Below, in pieces: positions 25,158-32,000 of a DNA stretch of 32,000 nt. The stretch covers positions 3,240,001-3,272,000 of the forward strand of contig NC_010546.1 of assembly GCF_000017845.1 (NCBI RefSeq). The letters are read 5' to 3'. Both the position numbers and the translations under genes were made by a program. Under the pieces are notes generated by a model, which had not been told where the DNA came from, ran no database searches, and saw only the letters and a list, made by a program, of their open reading frames with translations. This DNA comes from Crocosphaera subtropica ATCC 51142. GTDB taxonomy: Bacteria; Cyanobacteriota; Cyanobacteriia; Cyanobacteriales; Microcystaceae. Each line of letters begins with the position of its first letter. The stretch's first letter is position 1.

Positions 25158-26474
25158 TTATTGTTTCAAACGAGAATAAACGGTACTTAATCCCTGAATA
25201 TTTCCTACATTTCCAGGAAATAAAACTACAGGTAAATTAGGAAATAGGGGATGATCTTTTTCGGTTCTGACCATTGAACAGCCGGCTAAAACTTGTCCTA
25301 ATAATCGTACTGCTTGCAACTGTAAACCGGTACTTAAAACATCATTAGAGGTAATTCCCCCTTTGCTAATTAAAAAGCTAATATCACGGGGTAAACCTTG
25401 AACCACTTCCATTAATAAAGAGGAAACGGCTACCCCAAAATCTAACCTTTTTTGTACAGTTTCAAAGGTTAATTCTTCCCTACTGGTATAAACCACAGGG
25501 GTTTTATTTTGTTCAAAAACGTTCTTAACTTGTGCTAAAATACTGTTTAATAATTCATCTTTTTTATCAGGATGATCTCGTAATTCTTTAACATCAACTT
25601 CTATCCCTACTACATCAGATTGCGTTAATAAATCCTGTAATTGTTGGGTGGTTTTCTTGACATGAGAACCTACCAATACCACCCCAGGTTTATCCGTCGG
25701 TTTATATTCTGCCATTTTTTCGGCTGGAATGGGTTGTTTGCCCAGTTGGGCTAAGGAGGTTAAAATACTAGCCGCACTACGGAATAAAAACCGTTTTCCT
25801 GATGCTGCTGCGGTTAATAAATCTTGAGCAAATTGATCTAAATCTTCTTGTTTTTCGCCATCAACTACCCCACATTGATTACCTTGTAGCTGCATCAATC
25901 TTTCTAAACTGCCTTGTCGAATATCTGATAATAAAAACCGTTCAACTTCTGCTGCTTTAATACGTCCTTTTGTCTTTTCTTCTACATAGTCTGGCAAATA
26001 ACTATGATGATAGGCAAAAACAGAATCTTTGGCAAATTCCGTTTCATGAACTGGGGTTAATGTCCCTTCGATATTTAAATAATGAACACTGTCAAGGGTT
26101 TGTCTTCCTCCTTCAAAAAAGGCAGGAATAAGAAAATGAGCGTCAAAATCCCCTAATTCTTCGGCAATAACATCGGTTTCGATGGGATAATGACCTCTGA
26201 GAGTAGAATCAGAACGGCTGACAATTAAAAAATCTTTGATCTTTTCTGCTTCGAGAGCAATTTTAAGATTGTGACACACTTCCCTGGTGACTTCTGCTGC
26301 CTTTTCAGGGGTTAATGCCCTCGTATTGGTCAAAATGAAGAAAATGGGAACTTCATCCCTTAACCCTAATCTTAATGTCTCAACGTCCCACTGCATTAAC
26401 AGCAAACAGCTATGTACCGTTTGGGAACCGGTAGGATCATCATCTAAGACAATAATTTTCGGTTGCTGACTCAT
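25158..26474 (-). CDS. Four-carbon acid sugar kinase family protein (DUF1537, YgbK/OtnK/DtnK-like)
   Basis: The N-terminal KIIVLDDDPTGSQT motif and the length are typical. The likely start is MSQQPK at 26474; the track ORF opens 18 codons upstream. Confidence 0.8.
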   Translation of the reverse strand: MSQQPKIIVLDDDPTGSQTVHSCLLLMQWDVETLRLGLRDEVPIFFILTNTRALTPEKAAEVTREVCHNLKIALEAEKIKDFLIVSRSDSTLRGHYPIETDVIAEELGDFDAHFLIPAFFEGGRQTLDSVHYLNIEGTLTPVHETEFAKDSVFAYHHSYLPDYVEEKTKGRIKAAEVERFLLSDIRQGSLERLMQLQGNQCGVVDGEKQEDLDQFAQDLLTAAASGKRFLFRSAASILTSLAQLGKQPIPAEKMAEYKPTDKPGVVLVGSHVKKTTQQLQDLLTQSDVVGIEVDVKELRDHPDKKDELLNSILAQVKNVFEQNKTPVVYTSREELTFETVQKRLDFGVAVSSLLMEVVQGLPRDISFLISKGGITSNDVLSTGLQLQAVRLLGQVLAGCSMVRTEKDHPLFPNLPVVLFPGNVGNIQGLSTVYSRLKQ

Positions 26475-26546
26475 GGTTTGCCTACTGCGATCGCCTTTTC
26501 TATTGTCCCATGAGTTGTGGCGAAGCACTAAGGTTTTCCTATGAAT

Positions 26547-26589
26547 AATTGATAATGAAATATCAATTATCCATTATCAATTATCCATT
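26547..26589. repeat. Palindrome plus 14-bp (2x7) tandem repeat overlapping the rplT stop codon
   Basis: AATTGATA-ATGAAA-TATCAATT (26547-26568), then ATCAATT-ATCCATT-ATCAATT-ATCCATT (26562-26589). Confidence 0.85.
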
Positions 26590-26941
26590 ATTTAGCTGCA
26601 CTAGCGGTTTCTACCACCTTGGCAAAGGCTTGAGGATCAAGGATTGCCAGTTGTGCTAACATCTTACGATTGATTTCAATATTGGCCTTTTTCATGTGGC
26701 CGATTAATTGACTGTAACTCATGCCATTTGCTCTGGCTGCAGCATTGATCCGAGTGATCCACAAACGACGAAAATCCCGTTTCCGTTTTCGGCGATCGCG
26801 GTAAGCATTGCGTAATGCTTTCATCACCTGTTGATTAGCGGTACGGAATAAGCGAGAGTGGCTTCCTCTAAATCCTTTAGCCAGTTTAAGGATTTTTTTC
26901 CGACGTTTACGGGCAACATTGCCCCGTTTTACCCTTGTCAT
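26588..26941 (-). CDS. rplT: 50S ribosomal protein L20
   Basis: [26 protein letters not shown]... Confidence 0.97.
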   Translation of the reverse strand: MTRVKRGNVARKRRKKILKLAKGFRGSHSRLFRTANQQVMKALRNAYRDRRKRKRDFRRLWITRINAAARANGMSYSQLIGHMKKANIEINRKMLAQLAILDPQAFAKVVETASAAK

Positions 26942-26987
26942 AGTTACCTTGTTTCTATTTTAATGGACGTAAGCGATTGAGTTGTTG

Positions 26988-27191
26988 TTAGATATAAGGC
27001 AGCATTAAGCGAACATTAGGTTCATCCTGTTCGCTCACTAAGGCAGTGTTAGACAAGCGACGACGCTTTCTTTCAGCACTTTTATGATTTAATAAGTGAT
27101 TTTTGAAAGCTTTTCGCCGAACAATTTTCTTGCCGCTTCCTGTTACTCGAAAACGCTTAGCGGCAGCTTTGCGCGTTTTTAGTTTAGGCAT
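26988..27191 (-). CDS. rpmI: 50S ribosomal protein L35
   Basis: [34 protein letters not shown]..., starting at ATG 27191. The 15 upstream codons in the track ORF are discounted. Confidence 0.95.
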   Translation of the reverse strand: MPKLKTRKAAAKRFRVTGSGKKIVRRKAFKNHLLNHKSAERKRRRLSNTALVSEQDEPNVRLMLPYI

Positions 27192-27277
27192 AAATTTATA
27201 TAAAATTTCGACACAATTACCTATAATAACATACAATATCCGCTAACAGCAAGACTATCTAACTCAAAAAGCAAAAG

Positions 27278-27877
27278 CTATGAACAACGATCCTGATTCC
27301 GTTTAGTCAACAGACCAACTAACCCGATGATAGCTAAAGCTGTCACCGATGTTGATTCTGGTATAGGGGTAGGATCGGGGGTTGGTGTCCCTGGATCATC
27401 ACCGCCGGGATTATCAGTATTGGGACCATCTGGATTATTTCCGTTAGGTTGTAGCATTGATGCCACTGTCATTAAATCAGTAGGACTATCACTGAAATCT
27501 GATGATATTATGTCATTAGTTTCTGTTCCACTATTATTACCATTACTATTGCTGTCATCGTTAGCATCCCCATCCCCATTATTACTGTTGCTATTAGAGG
27601 AACGTCCTGCGGTTGAAGAACTGGCAAACGGAGAAAAAAGTCCATTATTATTGGAATTAGATGAGTTGAGATTTCCCCCATTTACAAAGGGCGAAGCAGA
27701 AGGATCGATTGATGAAATCTCCGATGGTTCGTTAGCATCAGTCTTAATATTTAACAGTTCAAAAGGTTCAATTAGCAATTCTGCTGAGGCTGGATTAGAG
27801 GCTAACACAATTGCTGCAAATGATAATATAGAAGGAATTGACTTGTAATTTTTTTTTATTAATATTTTTTTTGACAT
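27278..27877 (-). CDS. PEP-CTERM sorting-domain protein, low complexity (N/S/D/G-rich)
   Basis: Signal peptide (...FAAIVLASNPASA-E). The C-terminus, IPESTSVTALAIIGLVGLLTKRNQ, gives a PE(P/S) motif, a TM helix and a basic cluster. Confidence 0.8.
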   Translation of the reverse strand: MSKKILIKKNYKSIPSILSFAAIVLASNPASAELLIEPFELLNIKTDANEPSEISSIDPSASPFVNGGNLNSSNSNNNGLFSPFASSSTAGRSSNSNSNNGDGDANDDSNSNGNNSGTETNDIISSDFSDSPTDLMTVASMLQPNGNNPDGPNTDNPGGDDPGTPTPDPTPIPESTSVTALAIIGLVGLLTKRNQDRCS

Positions 27878-28158
27878 TTTCCATAACCTTTGCTATCGGT
27901 AAAAATAATTATCCTAAAACATAAAAAACGGGCTTGGAATCAGCAAAACTCCAGGCAATAGAATTAATTTATAGCGTATTTCAATTAGTTAATAACTGAT
28001 CGAAATCACTTCATACTACCAGTTTATAACACTAAAAAAGGATTGTCTTGTTCATATAAAAAAATCATTATTTATACTGAGAAAATACTTTTTTTATTTA
28101 GAAACGATCCCTAAAAACACTTACTAAGTAGATTATAAAGATCCTAGTTAAGATTGCT

Positions 28159-28346
28159 GGGGAGCAGGGAGACTAGAGAAAGGGAGAAAGAAAGTAGGGG
28201 AGAAAGAATAAATTAGTGAGTATAGTTAGTTTTTTAGAATTTTATGGCGTTTAAAGTCTTTATTTCCTCTAAAATAGTTCTAAATAATCTCCTCTTCTCC
28301 CTGCTCCTCTGCTTCCTCTGCCTCCTCTGCTCCCCCTGCTTACCCC
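28159..28346. repeat. Purine-rich arm, ~115-nt AT-rich spacer, pyrimidine-rich arm
   Basis: GGGGAGCAGGGAGA (28159-28172) is identical to 7211-7224. Its complement parts TCTCCCTGCTCC (28296-28307) and CTGCTCCCC (28327-28335) lie in the C/T arm (28289-28346). Confidence 0.8.
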
Positions 28347-28392
28347 ACTATAAAATATAGTATTCAAAGAGATTTCATATGACTACTGAGTA

Positions 28393-29700
28393 TTACTTGC
28401 GCAATAATCGTCTTGTTTCATTAGCGGCTTTTTTCATGGCTTGTTCGGGAGTCATTTGATTGGTTATGGCTGCACTGAGATAACGTTGTAAGATATCAGA
28501 TGCTTGAGCATATTGAGCAATAGGAGGTCGCAAGGCTGCATTTTCAACCACTTCTAATAATTCAGAATAATAAGGATATTGGGCTAAAATTTGAGGATCG
28601 TTAAATAAAGCGCGACGACTGGGAACATATCCTGTGGCTAAGATAAATCTGCGTTGTATATCTTCGCTACTGAAAAATTTAGCCACTTCCCAAGCTGCGT
28701 CAGGATGTTGACTATTGACGGTAATACCAAGACCCCAACCCCCTAAACAAGCACCGCTAGAGTGGTTAGGGGTATGAACCATGGGTTTAATGGAAAATTT
28801 TCCCTGAACAGGAGAATCATCAGCAGATAAGAGTCCAAACGCATAAGGCCAGTTCCGCATAAACACAGCATCCCCATTTTGAAAGAGACGACGGGCTTCT
28901 TCTTCGGCGTAAGTGGTGATACCAGGGGGTGAGACTTGTTTTTCTAGGGTCGTGCGTAAAAAGTCTGCTGCTTCTATGGCTTCGGGACTATCTAACCCCA
29001 CTTCTAGGGTGTCTGGGTCGACCCAAAATGCCCCATATCCGGCTAAAATTTCCACGAACATGGCTGATAACCCTTCGTACTGTTTCCCTTGCCATAGATA
29101 ACCCCATTCTGCTAAGTCTTCTGTTTGTAAGGTTTGGGAGATATTTAATAATTCAGTAAAGGTGTTAGGGGGTTGGTATCCACCCTGGTCCAACAAGTCA
29201 GTCCGATAATAAAGCATTCCTCCATCAGAACGCACAGGTATCCGATACAATTCTCCGTTGTACCTTCCTCCGTCAATATCTCCCTCTAAAAATGCGTCTA
29301 GGTTTATGTTGTCCTTTTGCACTCGGTCTGATAAACCTCTTAACCATCCGGCCGCTGCAAATTTAGGAACCCAAACGATATCCATGAATACGAGATCATA
29401 AGGGGAATTCCCTAATAAAAATGAAGAGGTGTACAAGTCTTCTACTTGGTTACTTGCGTTGGGTCCTTCAATAATTTCTAATTCAATATCAGGATGGGTG
29501 TCATTAAATTCTTGTACGAAGGGTTCCCACTGGGCAGCTTCTAATGCTTGCATGAGTAGGGTAACCTTTGTCGGCGCAGCATTCAAACCAGGAATAATCG
29601 TTACTAAAACTAAGCATACACAGACAGCAACAGGGATGGCAAAACGAGTGACCGCAGAAAGTCTCTTGAAAAAGGGATTCATGGGTTGCTGATTTCTCAT
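28393..29700 (-). CDS. ABC transporter substrate-binding protein (family 1, sugar type); no permease or ATPase adjacent
   Basis: 435 aa. N-terminal anchor/signal, then a typical SBP_bac_1-like sequence (DLVFMDIVWVPKFAAAGWL..., YRTDLL..., FMRNWPYA). Confidence 0.85.
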   Translation of the reverse strand: MRNQQPMNPFFKRLSAVTRFAIPVAVCVCLVLVTIIPGLNAAPTKVTLLMQALEAAQWEPFVQEFNDTHPDIELEIIEGPNASNQVEDLYTSSFLLGNSPYDLVFMDIVWVPKFAAAGWLRGLSDRVQKDNINLDAFLEGDIDGGRYNGELYRIPVRSDGGMLYYRTDLLDQGGYQPPNTFTELLNISQTLQTEDLAEWGYLWQGKQYEGLSAMFVEILAGYGAFWVDPDTLEVGLDSPEAIEAADFLRTTLEKQVSPPGITTYAEEEARRLFQNGDAVFMRNWPYAFGLLSADDSPVQGKFSIKPMVHTPNHSSGACLGGWGLGITVNSQHPDAAWEVAKFFSSEDIQRRFILATGYVPSRRALFNDPQILAQYPYYSELLEVVENAALRPPIAQYAQASDILQRYLSAAITNQMTPEQAMKKAANETRRLLRK

Positions 29701-29786
29701 ACTTTAGGCTGTACTGATTTTGTTTAGCAAGATATGGATTAAGGGGAGATAGGGGAAGAGTCTCAACGCCTTAACCCCTCTATACT

Positions 29787-30023
29787 CTAGGCTGTTTCAA
29801 TGACTTCTACTTCGTTGTCACGGAAATGAGCGCGAAATCGTTTTTCAAACTTGACTAATATGGGTAGGTTAGCACTAACCGGCCTTCCTCGCCAGTTGGT
29901 GACGATATCGATTATCTCTCCCTCCATTCCTTTGATATCAAATGGCTCTTTCTTATGTTGAGGATGATGATAAACAATAACAGATTCTATAACACGGACG
30001 CGATCGCCAATTTTCATATTCAT
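29787..30023 (-). CDS. ftrV: Ferredoxin-thioredoxin reductase variable subunit
   Basis: 78 aa. IGDRVRVIESVIVYHHPQHK...PVSANLPILVKFEKRFRAHFRDNEVEVI matches FtrV. Confidence 0.9.
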   Translation of the reverse strand: MNMKIGDRVRVIESVIVYHHPQHKKEPFDIKGMEGEIIDIVTNWRGRPVSANLPILVKFEKRFRAHFRDNEVEVIETA

Positions 30024-30208
30024 TCAGTCTCTATGATCCTCCTATTAAGGCTATTATCGGGATGATTTACAACTTTACCATTTTTACTGAAGTAGAAATA
30101 GGATTCAATCAGATTGCTTGGTATTGGTAAGTTAATTAATATAAAGAAAACTTGAACTTTTGTCAATTTTATGGCTACAATAAGAGTTTATAGTTAAATC
30201 TTAAGAGC

Positions 30209-31915
30209 ATGATATTTCGTATCTTAAGAAAACAGTTATCTTATCGACAAGTTGCGGTTATTATTGGCCGATTACTGATTATCGAGTTTGTATTATTGGG
30301 TTTTGGTATATTAGCAATCAGTAAACATTATTATACCTATGAACATCATAGTTTTTCTCAATTGCAAAGTATAGAGCATACCAAAGTTTTTCCGACATTA
30401 CCGTTAGCTTTATCGTATGCCATAACTAATAATCAAACTGCTCAAATTAATGATATTTTGAATGCTGATTATGGTTTATGGAAATTAGTCATAACAGATC
30501 CAGAAGGTAAAAAAGTAATTACTTATTCTCAAAAAAATCTTGAACAAGAAATAGGTTTCATAGACAATAGATTACCAGAAAATCTTAACAGTTATTCTTA
30601 TCACTTACTTATTAATCCTTCTTCACCGAACGCTCAAGATTATTATTTTGGAGACAACCAGAGCCTTAATAAGTTAGATGAATTCATCAATTCCAAAATG
30701 CTACTGGGTCGAGTTTATTATATTGGAAATATTTCCTATAATTTTCAACAAGAATTATTACAGTGGCTAGGAAATCCTTTTGCTAATAATAGTCGTTTTC
30801 CTATTTATAATTTAACAATATTATTATTTATTATTGGCGGATTATTTATTTGGAGTTTTAGTGAGTTTTTCTTAGCGTATCGACTGTTGACCCATAGGGA
30901 AAAAGAACAATTATCCCAAAGACTGAAATTGGAAAAGGAATTAGTCAAACAAGAAATTGAGAAAAGACAAATCGCTGATCAAAATCAAGAAATTTTCAAA
31001 AATAAGCAAATTCAATTACAAAAAGAAATAACGATACTTCAAAATAACTTAAAAGAAAAAATTGCTCAAAATTCACGCTTAATTGAAGAGAGAGAAAAAG
31101 AACAAGAAAAATTAGAGGAATTAGAAAATAGTCAAACTCAAAAAATCAAGAATCTTCAAACTATTATTGAAGAATATGAAAAAGAAATTTTAATTTTAGA
31201 AGTGTGGCAAGATAAATCTCAAGAATTAGAAGAAATAAAACAAGAAAAAAATAACTTATTAGTAGAATTATCAGAATACGAAAACTTAGAGAGAGAAAGT
31301 AAAAAACAAATTAAATCCCTTAGACACAAAATTGAACTCTTGATGAATCAAAAACAAGAAGCTGAACAGAAGATAAATGATTTACAGGAGGTTCAATTAT
31401 CTAATAAAACATCTATCCAAGAAAGGGAAGAAATGATCCAACAAGAGTTTGAAAGACAAATTAATTTAGTCAAGTTAGAATCAGAATATGCGTTTGAAGA
31501 AGCGCAAAATATAGAACAAGAAAAAGAAAAAATACTGCTACAAAATAAGGCAATTCGAGAACAACTTAACTCCGAAATTGAAAAAAATAAATATTTAGAA
31601 TTTGCCTTAGAAAGCTATAAAAAAGAAAAAGATGAGATCACTCAAGAATTGACCATCAATAATAATAGTAATTATCCGTCTATACCTACATCTTATTTAA
31701 CTAATATATCGAGCAGAAAAGCCATTAAAGCCTTTCAGAAATTAGGATTTGAAAAAGATAGACATAATGGAGATCATTTTATCCTAAAGAAAACAGAAAC
31801 TAACACCATTACTGTTCCTATTCCTCATCCTCGACAAGAACTCAATCCTCTCACGTTGAAAAATATTTTAATACAAACAAACACTTGTTTAGAGGATTTT
31901 CTAGATAATTTGTAA
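30209..31915 (+). CDS. Two-TM, coiled-coil protein with a C-terminal HicA (YcfA-like) toxin domain
   Basis: 568 aa. TM1 at aa ~14-37, a ~155-aa extracytoplasmic segment, TM2 at aa ~197-222, and an E/K/Q-rich coiled coil at aa ~225-480. The C-terminal 70 aa, SSRKAIKAFQKLGFEKDRHNGDHFILKKTETNTITVPIPHPRQELNPLTLKNILIQTNTCLEDFL, follow the HicA pattern (..ALEKLGFE..RQKGSH.....G..TTVP.H...L..GTLRSIL.QAG...EEF). Confidence 0.85.
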   Translation: MIFRILRKQLSYRQVAVIIGRLLIIEFVLLGFGILAISKHYYTYEHHSFSQLQSIEHTKVFPTLPLALSYAITNNQTAQINDILNADYGLWKLVITDPEGKKVITYSQKNLEQEIGFIDNRLPENLNSYSYHLLINPSSPNAQDYYFGDNQSLNKLDEFINSKMLLGRVYYIGNISYNFQQELLQWLGNPFANNSRFPIYNLTILLFIIGGLFIWSFSEFFLAYRLLTHREKEQLSQRLKLEKELVKQEIEKRQIADQNQEIFKNKQIQLQKEITILQNNLKEKIAQNSRLIEEREKEQEKLEELENSQTQKIKNLQTIIEEYEKEILILEVWQDKSQELEEIKQEKNNLLVELSEYENLERESKKQIKSLRHKIELLMNQKQEAEQKINDLQEVQLSNKTSIQEREEMIQQEFERQINLVKLESEYAFEEAQNIEQEKEKILLQNKAIREQLNSEIEKNKYLEFALESYKKEKDEITQELTINNNSNYPSIPTSYLTNISSRKAIKAFQKLGFEKDRHNGDHFILKKTETNTITVPIPHPRQELNPLTLKNILIQTNTCLEDFLDNL

Positions 31916-31932
31916 GGTTATTAGACAATGAT

Positions 31933-32000
31933 TTAACGACCTAGAGTTAATTCTTCTTTTTTGCCTAGAATACCTTGGGGTCGCCAAACCATTAAAATCA
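31933..32000 (-). CDS. 3' end of an unidentified minus-strand gene (partial)
   Basis: The reverse complement reads ...ILMVWRPQGILGKKEELTLGR* with the stop codon at 31933-31935. Only 22 codons are visible. Confidence 0.3.
   Translation of the reverse strand, partial: ILMVWRPQGILGKKEELTLGR

Noticed and set aside
26942-27277. Absence of infC upstream of rpmI-rplT and a possible L20-type leader
   Set aside because: No conserved leader structure is evident. A plausible sigma70-like promoter (minus-strand TTGCTG at 27252-27247 and TATTAT at 27228-27223) is too weak to report as a feature.
27327-27848. 173-aa plus-strand ORF opposite the PEP-CTERM gene
   Set aside because: The minus-strand frame has a signal peptide and a PEP-CTERM sorting signal. 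The plus-strand frame is an artefact of low-complexity repeats. This remains to be confirmed with strand-specific RNA data.
28913-29692. Plus-strand ORFs (28913-29101, 28929-29159, 29429-29692) opposite the ABC binding-protein gene; similarly 8568-8762, 9259-9486, 9917-10156, 14283-14465, 26287-26469 and 2823-3020
   Set aside because: They are shadow ORFs inside, or overlapping, better-supported genes on the other strand.
1-32000. CRISPR arrays, rRNA genes, reverse transcriptases (retron, DGR or group II intron), and restriction-modification or known multi-gene defence operons
   Set aside because: None were found. The only tandem repeats are 7-87 bp units with 2-6 copies and no spacer structure.

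Overview
This is a chromosomal window from an AT-rich cyanobacterium. The diagnosis rests on 22 copies (found by eye) of the HIP1 octamer GCGATCGC, plus chlP, ftrV, a KGK-domain gene, a PEP-CTERM protein and a peroxiredoxin/PerR-like divergent pair. I can support about 30 protein-coding genes, one tRNA (His-GTG), several intrinsic terminators and a family of intergenic repeats. Housekeeping content: type II peroxiredoxin, Fur/PerR-like regulator, trpB, rnc, dienelactone hydrolase, TAXI-type binding protein, DUF3011 protein, GT2-TPR glycosyltransferase, lipA, chlP, a membrane-anchored GTPase, a DUF1537-type sugar-acid kinase, rpmI-rplT, a sugar ABC binding protein and ftrV. Five things stand out. 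(1) A 568-aa protein (30209-31915) has a sensor-like two-TM N-terminus, a roughly 250-aa coiled coil and a C-terminal HicA toxin domain, with no HicB nearby. (2) A 1650-aa, almost entirely transmembrane protein (16090-21042) is built from repeated ~165-aa modules. (3) A 2.2-kb REP/RAYT hotspot (3715-5867) holds five GTAG-hairpin REPs, an intact Y1 transposase, a 141-nt RAYT pseudogene fragment, an 87-bp tandem duplication, a RelE-type TA pair, and an AT-rich orphan gene exactly bracketed by inverted REPs. (4) There is a stand-alone 409-aa PilW-like prepilin. (5) Heptamer-period tandem repeats sit in at least five intergenic spacers, one of which forms G-quadruplex motifs on both strands between trpB and rnc. 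I saw no CRISPR array, rRNA, reverse transcriptase, integrase or prophage genes. All family calls come from reading the translations. None has been checked against a database.
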